A stretch of DNA of 64,000 nt from Macrostomum lignano. Lineage: Eukaryota. Positions 22,401 to 34,106 of this stretch are shown piece by piece. The notes below the pieces were generated by a model that saw only the letters and a list, made by a program, of their open reading frames with translations, was not told the origin of the DNA and did not search any database. The DNA lies in assembly GCA_002269645.1 (NCBI GenBank), contig NIVC01001905.1, forward strand, positions 1-64,000, written 5' to 3'. A program made the position numbers and the translations under genes. Every line of letters begins with the position of its first letter. Within the stretch, counting starts at the first letter, position 1.

Positions 22401-24236
22401 TGTCTAGCGTCGCTAAAGACGCATGTTTAGCCCAACCCCGAATTGTAACAAAACTGCGTGGCTTATATACACTCAAGGAGTCACTCATATGTCACAAAAA
22501 GATGTATCGAAGCCGCCTTCGCAGTGTGTCGCCAGTAACTTTTCTAACTAATTGACTGTATGCTCGCAGTGAACTCAGTGAACTATTAGTGAACTCGCGC
22601 TGCAGACTGCATTCTCAGTGACATTTTTAACATTAGGTTAATCAACTTTGGAGCATGATTATACATCGTATTTAGTGAAGTCCTAAGTGAAGTTCACAGT
22701 GGTCCGAAGTGCATGTACTATAGAAGTAAATGCGGTACTGCGCTCACCCAGCTTTATAAGATGCAGCTCATCCTGAGTAGCCCTCAGTTCCGCCTTCAGC
22801 TTTTCAATCTAAAGTGTGTGTGGTAGTCAAATGAAATCATTGTAGCATTAAAATATTAAACTTTTGGAAATCTCCGAATTCATGGCGAAAAAAACAAAAA
22901 TTAAATGTGAGAACTCACCTCATCTTTATTGGCTCTCGAGTCCTCGCTAGACTTTTCAAACGCTGAAGTGTCGTATTTTGGTGTTCAATACTTAAATTAA
23001 CTTGTAGTCTAAACCCCAGATTGCTAGCAAGCACACCCAACTGGAAAAACATCCGGCTGGAAACACATCTGGTTAGCAGACACATCCGACTGGAAAAACA
23101 TCCGACTGGAAACACATCCGACTGGAAACACATCCGACTGGAAACACATCCGACTGGAAACACATCCGACTGGAAAAACATCCAACTGGAAAAACATCTG
23201 ACGGGAAACACATCCGACTGGAAACACATCCGGTTAGCAGACACATCCGACTGGAAACACATCCGATTAGCAGACACATCCGACTGGAAACACATCCGAC
23301 TGGAAACACATCCGGTTAGCAGACACATTCGGTTAGCAGACACATCCGGTTAACAGACACATCCGGTTAGCAGACACATCCGGTTAGCAGACACATCCGG
23401 TTAGCAGACACATCCGGTTAGCAGACACATTCGGTTAGCAGACACATCCGGTTAACAGACACATCCGGTTAGCAGACACATCCGGTTAGCAGACACATCC
23501 GGTTAGCAGACACATCCGGTTAGCAGACACATCCGGTTAGCAGACACATCCGGTTAGCAGACACATCCGGTTAGCAAACACATCCGGTTAGCAGACACAT
23601 CCGGTTAGCAGACACATCCGGTTAGCAGACACATCCGGTTAGCAGACACATCCGGTTAGCAGACACATCCGGTTAGCAGACACATCCGGCTAGCAGACAC
23701 ATCCGGTTAGCAGACACATCCGGTTAGCAGACACATCCGGTTAGCAGACACATTCGGTTAGCAGACACATCCGGTTAGCAGACACATCCGGTTAGCAGAC
23801 ACATCCGGTTAGCAGACACATCCGGTTAGCAGACACATCCGGCTAGCAGACACATCCGGTTAGCAGACACATCCGGTTAGCAGACACATCCGGTTAGCAG
23901 ACACATCCGGTTAGCAGACACATCCGGTTAGCAGACACATCCGGTTAGCAGACACATCCGGTTAGCAGACACATCCGGTTAGCAGACACATCCGGTTAGC
24001 AGACACATCCAGCTAGCAAATTCGGGTCAGAAGTTACTGTCTAGCAAAATTTCATATGGACCCAAATGCTCTAGCACCGAAAATCAGCTAATTAAACTTA
24101 CACGCGCGAATAGTCTGTTGAAGTCGCTGGCTCTGCTTCTCAAGCAGATCGCAGTTGGAGCACTTTTTGACCGACAGATCCGAGTTGCTTCCGCCGCCGC
24201 CGACGCTGCCAGTGCTGCTGTTGCTTGTCCTTCGCC
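19415..24236 (-). CDS. SHTN1: Shootin-1-like coiled-coil / poly-Pro / WH2-like actin-associated protein, at least 7 exons, 5' end unresolved
   Basis: Phase-consistent exons 24236-24102, 22962-22919, 22808-22748, 21991-20778, 20680-20500, 20228-20052, 19743-19415. Segments recalled as similar to shootin-1: QAAESACADLAIEARRVKTRS (cf. KAESFAQEMFIEQNKLKRQS), poly-Pro + RPINSI (cf. NPIRSL), GRILRPV (cf. GVHLRPV), LERIRRR (cf. LERILRRR). Orthology not verified by search. Confidence 0.72.
21030..21262 (-). repeat. Coding 21-bp repeat (~10 near-perfect copies of EQPREQD, degenerate copies on both sides)
   Basis: Unit ggttgctcatcctgttctcga on + strand inside the large shootin-like exon. Confidence 0.9.
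22110..22300 (-). mobile_element. Degenerate partial relative of the 9636-9994 SINE, in a shootin-like intron
   Basis: Collinear shared blocks gcccattccgc (9719/22115), cagcggccct (9797/22192), agccccaaattaatgt (9909/22281). Confidence 0.6.
23035..24012. repeat. Intronic 16/17-bp minisatellite (AAACACATCCGACTGG changing to CAGACACATCCGGTTAG)n
   Basis: Fills most of intron 22963-24101. Confidence 0.95.
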
Positions 24237-24530
24237 CTGAAAGCAGTTAGCTTGGTCTTACTTATCCTTTCATATGGGAAAATGAACAGCATTTGTAACC
24301 ATAGCTTATTGTTCAAACAAGATGGCTTGAAAAATTGCATTTATAAGAAGGCTAGAAGTACTGTATAGCATGCCTTCGATGTCTGGATTGTAAACGCACA
24401 CGTTTACCGAACTTGAGAGTTCCTTCGTTTAGATAGATCAGCATTAATCCATAGGACAAAATATTAAGTACACAAAACTGACAGAAATTCTCGGGAATGA
24501 GGAGAGACTTTTAGGACAAATACAGTTCAG

Positions 24531-24715
24531 CAAGGGTTGGCAAACTCCAAGAACTTGGGTCCTTTGAAGCTTCACGATAGCAAACCGGACCCACTCAGGG
24601 TTTTGTCTCTTCTCCTAGCTCTCTTCTCTCCTCTCTTCTATCTTCTCTCTTTTCTCGCCTCTAATCTTATCTTATCTCATCTCTCCTCTGTTTTCTTTTC
24701 TTTATGTGGCCCTAT
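24531..24715. mobile_element. Second, inverted and degraded copy of the 1235-1568 MITE family
   Basis: caagggttggcaaactcc, gggtcctttgaagctt, tttgtctcttctc, a pyrimidine tract and tttatgtggccct match the reverse complement of 1235-1568; right TIR not found. Confidence 0.6.
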
Positions 24716-25518
24716 AACTAATGACGATCGTATAGTCATAAAAAGAGAAAAGTGTAAAAATATTCTTCTTACCAAACATTCTCTGCAGCACCAGGCTTGA
24801 AGATATGGCTAGGTATAGATACCGGTCGTTAAACCAGGTGAAGCCTAATAGCCACTGATATACAGTACAGAATCGGGAGAATACAGTGCAGAGTATTAAA
24901 TACAGGTATCTGAATAAATGTTCAGACCTACAAAATAGTAATATAAGCACGGGAAGTGAGCCTATCTGAAAGTATTAGAAAATTATATTACATGTAAGTA
25001 GAAGATTTTGCGGAGAAACTCTCTAAAATAGTCGGTTAAACTGCTCGACTTTTCTAATACTAACGAAGTATATAGCTAAACTGAGGGGTAGAGGTTTGGC
25101 AGTAGCTGAGAGGCTGAAGACTAAATACATGTAGGCACGCTGCAACGGAACAGAGTGCTGCTGTATACCTTGACGTGGTGCTGTGTGCAGCCTATTAGAG
25201 ACAGGCGCAATGCAATTTTAACAAAAATTCTTCACTTCGATCAAGTTGTCGCATAGTGGAACACTTTTTGCGACTGCAATGTGACAACGGCATAAATGCG
25301 TGCAATTAAGGTGTGTTCAGCGATTGTGTTTACGGAAAAAGCATGTTAGTCTTGACGCCAATGACAGGTATTTTGTGCATTATTAGGCAATAACTAAATC
25401 ACTTTGGTTAGCTCTTTTTGTTATAATTAAAACTAGAAGCCATGCATGTCCAAATGATTAGTGGCCGCATAAATTCAGTGTAAATACACGAAAATATTCA
25501 CACTGTGTACAGTCCCCC

Positions 25519-25519
25519 T

Positions 25520-25579
<60 letters not shown>
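25519..25579. repeat. (CT)n microsatellite
   Basis: Direct. Confidence 0.95.
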
Positions 25580-25581
<2 letters not shown>

Positions 25582-27662
25582 GCGTTCCAGCTGTTATGAC
25601 AGGCAAGTTTTTCGGAAAAAAATCTTTGGGCTATGCGGCAAGATTGACCTTAATGCAGCGTCTGATTGGTGGGATGGGGGACAAAAGCCAAGAATTCTAC
25701 ATGTACATGACTAAATTCCTACAAGAACATTTTGATTACTGCAAGCAAACACTCATTTTGGCGCCGCAAGTATTTATTTTTTGGCGCCCAAGGCGCTATA
25801 TCTTTGCGCTCTAAGGCAATTTTTTTATTAACAACTGGTCACATAGGTGGGGTTGGGTGAGACTGGGACCGGACATGTCCCCGGCCCCTGTCCCTCCCTG
25901 GTGACGGCGCCCCTGCCCAAGATGTGCTGGATATCCCCCTATAAAAGATTCTTTCTACGCCCCCGCTACTATCAGGAAACCTGCATACGAGTAGATATTG
26001 TTGAGCCAATATTGAGAGTAATTTATTTCAGAGTAGAGAAAAAAGCTTTACAAAGCTTGCATATAGTAATATAGGGTTGAAATGTTACTTCCCCGGGGAC
26101 TAAAATACTGTAGTCGAACCGCGTTTTACTTGGATTAGTGAGACAACAAGTAATTCAAGTCATTAGCTAATTAGCCAATCAAAAGTGAAAACGAAAACGG
26201 CGACGAGAAGTCAGTATATGCTGGAAAAGTTGCCGTAGACGTCATAAGACGTTTAGACTAGGAGGTGAGGGCGATTTACTTTAACTGGTATTAAGAAAGT
26301 AAATGATTCTCAAGAACGAATCTCGACGAAGTCCCTCATCAGACAGTTAACTCCTTGTAAAGTGAATCCTACGCCAAAAACGGCATTATAATAATCACTT
26401 ATCTATAGAGTTATAATTCAGCCACTGGCAGCCATTTCTGAAAACGCTTACGAGCTATTATTTGTTTTACATTCAACGAGAAACACCGCTTTTATCGTGG
26501 CGAATTTTTAATTCTTGTGAATTCTGTGAATCGAGACGGAAATAATCACTAGTTTAGAAAATAATTGAGCCTGATTTGTTGTAGGGTTAGGGTAAAGCTG
26601 GGTTATAATAGCTATTCGTTACTGTTAGCTAAAACGTTTCACATATAATTAACTTTTAATTTATTAACACCTTAATCCTCATTGTTTTAGGCATTGCTTG
26701 ATGTTGATATCTTGATTAACATTTCTATTATTGATATTATAGCTCATTACAAATTCAATTATCATATTTCATTTACCTTTCACTTACTTTAAATAAATAT
26801 TTTTTCATTCCTCAGTAACATCTATAGTATTTATTATTATATTGTAATATTGTACAAAAGCAACATCTATAAGTATAAGTATAACACAATTGTGCCTAAA
26901 AATCAAAATTAAGTTAGGTATGCTTTTCTAGTTTGATATCCCTAAAACTAAAAGTATCTCAACTCAATGATTATAAAATATTTTACATGTTTTTAAAATG
27001 AAGTGAATAGCAATCAATGTCATAATATACCCTATGTATACTACATACTACATACTACATTATTATAAAAAATCTATTATATGGAATATATGATTTTGCT
27101 ATTTGTCTTCATAGCTAAAATTTTTATGTCCTTTAAAAATTGATTATGTGAGGCATAATCTAGGCGTTAGAACATTACATAGGCCTAGTAATTAAATGAT
27201 AAAATTTCTTTGAATTTGGCTAAATTGTATAATTATAAAGTTGAAGATATGGGCCTATTATTGTCTTTGTAAATATATGCAATATTAAGCTTATTGCATA
27301 ATAATAAATATATCTAAGAAAGCCAAAATTGAAATTTGATATATATTGATTAAAACTAGTTGACTTTGACTAGAGTATAAAATGCATAAAATAATATTGT
27401 TCTATCCAATTTTTAATAAGCATTAGTATCTACCACCTTATTTTTCAGGCTAAAGTAATATACTATAATAATGAAAAATTGCATGGCTTACTTTATTGAG
27501 CTTGCACTATCTGATTTCATATTCATCAATTAAGAACAAAGTTCTATAAGCAATCAAGAAGAGCAAGCAGCACATGAAAATATTAGCAATACAAAGCAAT
27601 TGCACTATAAATAATACCAAATTTCTAATGCATTACAATAATAATAATAGTTTGCTACATAG

Positions 27663-28800
27663 CTCAGCTGGCTACATCAGTATTTGGATCTGGGTCACAA
27701 TTGGTTCTGGAATTGTTGGTATTGCATGCCTTTCTGGTATGTTTTTTTTAATATTTTGCTTATTATAATATAATCATTAATGTTTCTATCTTAGCCTTAA
27801 TGACTTCTAGGCCCTATTATCAGCTTGGCTACCTCTTTAAGTGTCCTTTTGTCAGCTTAACTGGCTACTTAAACTCCCTTCCCCATTATCAGCCTGGCTG
27901 GCCAATGGCCAACTCAACCCCCATTATCAGCCAACAATCAGCCTGGCTAGCCAAACCCTCTCCCCCATTATCAGCCTGACTGGCCAACCTCACTCCCATA
28001 TTACCAGTCACTCCCACCCATTATCAGCCTGGCGAGGCACCCCAACCCCCATTATCAGCCTGGCGAGACACTCCCAACCCCCCCATTATCAGCCTGGTGA
28101 GGCACCCCAACCCCCATTATCAGCCTGGCGAGGCACCCCAACCACTCATTATCAGCCTGGCTAGGCACCCCAACCACTCATTATCAGCCTGGCTAGGCAC
28201 CCCAAACCCCCATTATCAGCCTGGCTAGGCACCCCAAACCCCCATTATCAGCCTGGCTAGGCACCCCAAACCCCCATTATCAGCCTGGCTAGGCACCCCA
28301 AACCCCCATTATCAGCCTGGCTAGGCACCCCAAACCCCCATTATCAGCCTGCTCTTCAATTCTCGCCGATCCCTCTTGCGCCAACGCCAGGCCTCCTTGG
28401 CTACCTCCGTCACCGTCGCCAGCGGTCCCAATCAGGCCGTGGACAGTCCAAGCTGCAGCCAGCCGAATCAGTCGCCTCGTCCATAGCGGCCGCTTGCGAA
28501 ACTCCGGCGCAAGTGCCACCGCCTGTTTCGCCCGCTCCTTCAACAGCGCCACCGGTGCCATCGTCAGCATCGAAGCCCAAATCTCCGCCAGCTCCCCCCA
28601 ACAATAGCGCAATAATTTCCAACGATTTCGCTGTAAACTTATACACTGAGAATGCAAGGAATTTCAATTACGAATTAGATGATAACGATGACGACGATTG
28701 GTTTCTGCACAGCCTCGAGGCCGCCGTTTTTGCCAAAGACTCTGCGACTACAGCAAACGCTTTTGCTAACGTCAATGCTGCTGTAGTGTTGGACCAGTGA
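27663..28800 (+). CDS. 3' part of an unknown single-pass membrane protein (TM + basic stop-transfer + Pro/Ser-rich and acidic tail)
   Basis: Exon ending 27736 (TCT G|gtatgt) joins in phase to exon 28391-28800 (cgccag|GC), giving IWIWVTIGSGIVGIACLSGLLGYLRHRRQR...PPPVSPAP...DDNDDDDWF...LDQ*. Upstream exons not found. Confidence 0.55.
27820..28350. repeat. Intronic ~32-bp minisatellite (CCCCATTATCAGCCTGGCTAGGCACCCCAAAC), homogenising towards its 3' end
   Basis: Fills intron 27737-28390. Confidence 0.9.
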
Positions 28801-28889
28801 TTGATGATAAGCCGGTTTTAGCACTGACTGACTTTGATGGCCTGACTTTGGCTATCAGCTGTGTCAGCTGGATAGATACGAGTAACACC

Positions 28890-29300
28890 TGTCATTTCCC
28901 TCTCATTCCCCTCTCATTCCCTTCTCATTTCCCACTCATTCCCCTCTCATTCCCCACTCATTCTCATCCCATTCCCCTCTCATTCCCCTCTCATTCCCCA
29001 CTCATTCCCCACTCATTCCCCACTCATTCCCCACTCATTCCCCACTCATTCCCCACTCATTCCCCACTCATTCCCCACTCATTCCCCACTCATTCCCCTC
29101 TCACTCCCCTCTCATTCCCCACTCATTCCCCACTCATTCCCCTCTCACTCCCCTCTCATTCCCCACTCATTCCCCACTCATTCCCCACTCATTCCCCACT
29201 CATTCCCCACTCATTCCCCACTCATTCCCCACTCATTCCCCACTCATTCCCCACTCATTCCCCACTCATTCCCTTCTCATTCCCCACTCATTCCCCTCTC
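28890..29300. repeat. 11-bp minisatellite (CATTCCCCACT)n
   Basis: Direct. Confidence 0.95.
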
Positions 29301-29934
29301 ATTTCTCTCAAGTCTATCATTTCTAATCTTTGCTAATTAAAGTCATAGTAAACTTAATAAAGTACATCAAAGTGCACTTTTAGTAATTGTGCCCACGTAT
29401 TTATTCACAGCAACAGTGGACCAGCTCAAAATTGCCCAGCATCCCATCAACCCCTAGTCAGTTACTCATTCGCTCTCTAGCCCAGTTATTATTGATAATA
29501 ATCGCTTTTTTAGTCGCTTCCAAGCTACTTTTTGTTTATATGCTTGACGATTTTATTTAATTTTGTGTGTATAGAAACTATTATATTACATCATGCAGGT
29601 GATAATTAGCATTGGGTGTGTTATTTCCCCCTTCGTGTTCGTCTTCAACGAGGCTTTTTGTCTCCTAAATTAGCAATAATCAATATTCATTGCATATTTT
29701 ATAACAAATTTAATTACGTATATGTATTGGTGTTTCTTTTTTAACTCGGTAATTCCAGCCTGCTTCCACGCTGTTGTTGTTATTGTGGCATTTATTATGG
29801 ACATTTTTTCTGACTGGTTTGCTTTTTTTATTTAGGGCTACCTTTTAGTTGCTCTTGTTCTCCTTGTCAATTAACTATTTTTCATTCACACCTGTTGACT
29901 GTATTGCACGGGTTTAACGAACAAATATCAAGCA

Positions 29935-30355
29935 TGACATATCCGTGTGTGAGCTGCCACCCCTCTCCTGACATGTCCGTGTGTGAGTTGCCACCCTATC
30001 CTGACAAATCCGTGTGTGAGCTCAGCTGCCACCTCCTCTCCTGACAAATCCGTGTGTGAGCTCAGCTGCCACCCCCCTCTCCTGACAAATCCGTGTGTGA
30101 GCTCAGCTGCCACCCCCTCTCCTGACAAATCCGTGTGTGAGCTCAGCTGCCACCCCCTCTCCTGACATATCCGTGTGTGAGCTGCCACCCCCTCTCCTGA
30201 CATATCCGTGTGTGAGCTGCCACCCCCTCTCCTGACATATCCGTGTGTGAGCTGCCACCCCCTCTCCTGACATATCCGTGTGTGAGCTCAGCTGCCACCC
30301 CCTCTCCTGACAAATATTTGTGTGAGCTCAGCTGCCACCCCCTCTCCTGAAAAAT
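29935..30355. repeat. 35/40-bp minisatellite (ATCCGTGTGTGAG[CTCAG]CTGCCACCCCCTCTCCTGACAA)
   Basis: Direct. Confidence 0.9.
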
Positions 30356-31119
30356 CTGCTAACCCTTCCCTGATAATATTCGATATCGTTTGCCTTTTCG
30401 CAGTGTTAGCAAATCAAATACTCAAGCAACTATGAAGTTATTATTTATTATTGTTTGATTATCAATGGTTGTGGAATTATAGTCGATGTTGTGCGAGTCA
30501 AATATTATTTTTGTCTACTTTGAATTGGTATTGATGATTTTGATTTTTGAAAAACAACACTATAATAATCCTGTAAATGTTTTATGTACAGTACAGCGTC
30601 CAGTTCTTTTGACTTATCGACAGCAATAGTTTTTTGTATAAATCGGTATGAATGAAATAATAAAGCTGTAATTATTTAGAGACAAGTTTGTGTCGTAAAA
30701 AACTGCTTGTAATTTTTTGGAATTGGTTGTTTTTTGTTTAACTGAGAAGTTCCACTGGGAGTGGAACTTGGATTTTCTAACCACAGATACTACCGAATAA
30801 CTAAATATTTCAGTCGCAAAATCTGCGCTTATCTACTCTTTTCAGTAGCAAAATTTGCGTTTTTGTTTTTATAATAGTAAACTTAGATATTTATTACATT
30901 TTACATGGATATTTAAAGTTTTGAAGCTGCAATCAAGGAATCTGGCTTTCTAATAGCAGACCCATTAAATTAATGTCTTCATCTGTTTTACCAACTCCAG
31001 ACTGCCTCAGAATCGATAAATTATTTAAACTTCTAGTGCGTGTGCATACCGAGCAAGAGAGAAAAAGGTGGCATCCCAACCCCCAGCCAGACCGATAAAC
31101 AATTTGGCTTTCCTCTTGC

Positions 31120-31445
31120 CCGCTTGTGTCTGACTTTGACCTCTCTCCTTACTGCTCTCTCATTGGCTGGCCAGATTAGGCCTGCCCCCTATGCTGAGTT
31201 TCTTCCGTCTGACTTTGACCTCTCTCCTTACTGCTCTCTCATTGGCTGGCCAGATTAGGCCTTCCCCTAGGCTGAGTTTCTTCCGTCTGACTTTGACCTC
31301 TCTCCTTACTGCTCTCTCATTGGCTGGCCAGATTAGGCCTTCCCCTAGGCTGAGTTTCTTCCGTCTGACTTTGATCTCTATCCTTACTGCTCTCTCATTG
31401 GCTGGCCAGACTGGGCCTGTCCCCTAGGCTGAGTTTCGTCCGTCT
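31120..31445. repeat. 78-bp tandem repeat, ~4 copies
   Basis: ctgactttga recurs at 31131, 31209, 31287, 31365. Confidence 0.9.
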
Positions 31446-32199
31446 TGCGGTCACTTTTGTGTACATTGAGTTAAATGCTTGTTGTTCATTCTTAAACCCA
31501 GATTCTCCTGAGGTGACAAACCCCGAGGAAGAAAAGCAAATTTAGCTGTCACATTAAATTAATAATTAATAATTTTAGCTGTCCACTACGCAAACTACGC
31601 AAGAAAAGAGTAGACGTTGTACTATTTTTAAATTTTAAAATCTAGTTTAACTGGTTATAGTATCCATAATAGTATCTAATTAGTATATTTAGATGACTTG
31701 AGTATCTAGTATTCTAGTATCTGTGGTTACTACTAATTAGTAGCAAGATAGAAAACTTAACAGTTGTTATTCGATTGTTTCTAATAGTACTTGTTAATGG
31801 GACGGGGCAACTTAAGAGCTAGATATTGCGATAAGAAAATTGCAGATCAGTCTATTTAGTTTTTTTAGTTATGCGACTCGCCTGCAGCTAAATATAGACT
31901 GATAACGACCTGGGAAATATGATTTGTATGATTAGTTTAGAAAATAACTGCAGAGACAATGCATTAGCATTTAGCCATGCATGCTCGCTGTGTGAACACA
32001 GTTAGTACCAGTTCATGCTGGAGCATTTGCCTACAATTGTATTGTCTGTTTAGAATCTATTCTGTCTTGTTAGCAGAGGCCAAATACTATATTTGCTAAC
32101 AGATATATTGCGTATTCATTGAAAATCATGGCCAGGGAGACTGTCTGGAGACTGCGAATAAGAGGGAAAGAAGGAGCTAGAGAGGGATCTCAGGTGAAT

Positions 32200-33375
32200 G
32201 AAGGGAGGAGAGAGGAGTCTAGAGGGAAGGGAGGGTGAGAGGAGTCTAGAGGGAAGGGAGGGAGAGAGGGGTCTAGAGGGAAGGGAGGGTGAGAGGAGTC
32301 TAGAGGGAAGGGAGGGAGAGAGGAGTCTAGGGGGAAGGGAGGGAGAGAGGAGTCTAGAGGGAAGGGAGGGAGAGAGGAGTCTAGGGGGAAGGGAGGGAGA
32401 GAGGAGTCTAGGGGGAAGGGAGGGAGAGAGGAGTCTAGGGGGAAGGGAGGGAGAGAGGAGTCTAGAGGGAAGGGAGGGAGAGAGGAGTCTAGGGGAAGGG
32501 AGGGAGAGAGGAGTCTAGAGGGAAGGGAGGGAGAGAGGAGTCTAGGGGGAAGGGAGGGAGAGAGGAGTCTAGGGGGAAGGGAGGGAGAGAGGAGTCTAGA
32601 GGGAAGGGAGGGAGAGAGGAGTCTAGGGGGAAGGGAGGGAGAGAGGGGTCTGGAGGGAAGGGAGGGAGAGAGGAGTCTAGGGGGAAGGGAGGGAGAGAGG
32701 AGTCTAGAGGGAAGGGAGGGAGAGAGGAGTCTAGAGGGAAGGGAGGGAGAGAGGGGTCTAGGGGGAAGGGAGGGAGAGAGGGGTCTGGAGGGAAGGGAGG
32801 GAGAGAGGGGTCTAGGGGGAAGGGAGGGAGAGAGGAGTCTAGGGGGAAGGGAGGGAGAGAGGAGTCTAGGGGGAAGGGAGGGAGAGAGGAGTCTAGAGGG
32901 AAGGGAGGGAGAGAGGAGTCTAGAGGGAAGGGAGGGAGAGAGGGGTCTAGGGGGAAGGGAGGGAGAGAGGGGTCTGGAGGGAAGGGAGGGAGAGAGGGGT
33001 CTAGGGGGAAGGGAGGGAGAGAGGAGTCTAGGGGGAAGGGAGGGTGAGAGGGGTCTAGAGGGAAGGGAGGGAGAGAGGGGTCTAGAGGGAAGGGAGGGAG
33101 AGAGGGGTCTAGGGGGAAGGGAGGGAGAGAGGAGTCTAGAGGGAAGGGAGGGAGAGAGGAGTCTAGAGGGAAGGGAGGGAGAGAGGAGTCTAGGGGGAAG
33201 GGAGGGAGAGAGGAGTCTAGGGGGAAGGGAGGGAGAGAGGGGTCTAGAGGGAAGGGAGGGAGAGAGGGGTCTAGGGGGAAGGGAGGGAGAGAGGGGTCAA
33301 GAGGGAAGGGAGGGAGAGAGGGGTCTAGGGGGAAGGGAGGGAGAGAGGAGTCTAGAGGGAAGGGAGGGAGAGAGG
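32200..33375. repeat. 27-bp purine-rich minisatellite (GGGAAGGGAGGGAGAGAGGAGTCTAGA)n
   Basis: Direct; ~43 copies. Confidence 0.95.
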
Positions 33376-33590
33376 TGAATAGTTAAAACAAGGAAGGACA
33401 AGCAGGGAGAGGGCAGGCGGAGGGGGCAGAGGGTAAATGGAGGAGAAAGCGGTCGGTGAGAGAGTCCGTCAAGCGCAGTCCTTAAGTCTGCTGTTTGCAC
33501 TGGGTTGAATAGAGAGGCCCAGGAATTCGCTTCTAATTCCGTGTGCACTTGCACCAGTGCCACTCCTCTCTCTACTTCTCTCCCACACAG

Positions 33591-33738
33591 GCCCCATAGT
33601 TTCTCAGTAACGTCTCTGAATAGCACCGCTTGCAAAATGCGGCCGTCATATAGTTAGAGAAAGTTGAAACGGTGCGGGCGCATGCCCACCACTGACAGAA
33701 ACTGCGAAGAATGTTGCTGAGTACTCGCTGCGATATAG
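33591..33738 (+). other. Candidate non-coding (5' UTR) exon
   Basis: Strong acceptor cttctctcccacacag| and donor |gtaagc; stop codons in all three frames. Possibly belongs to the pseudokinase. Confidence 0.35.
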
Positions 33739-34106
33739 GTAAGCCTGTGGAACTTATATATAGCTAGCTGAATTCTCTCCTAAAGTTTGACTAGGGCAAG
33801 CAGATCCCCACAGCTGGGGCAATAACTGCAAGAGGGCCATGCAGGGGGTGTGTTGCCAGAGGACTCAGCTAGGGCTCCAAAATGAAGAGTGGGCGAGGGT
33901 TTGGTTAACTACGAGCTAAAAGTGCTTTTTATAGGCTTACACTGGGTTTAACTCTTGTTGGAACAATTTAAGTTTAAGATCTACGCTGTTTTGAAGGCAT
34001 CAAAGTTGCAGATTATGTCAGAGAGTTTGTCAAAGTGTAGGAAATCTGTATTTGCGTATCAAATATAACTTCGAGATTGACAGGGAAGAGCCCAGTGTGT
34101 CCGAGG

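Noticed and set aside
25590-25915. GGCGCC-rich segment ending ...GACGGCGCCCCTG; similar segment 5204-5770 ending CTACGCCCATTG
   Set aside because: Resemble MITE right ends, but no matching left TIR or TSD could be defined.
33297-33635. Protein-like minus-strand ORF (LQAVLFRDVTEKLWG...)
   Set aside because: No ATG, no recognisable domain, runs into the 27-bp array, and overlaps a better-supported plus-strand exon.
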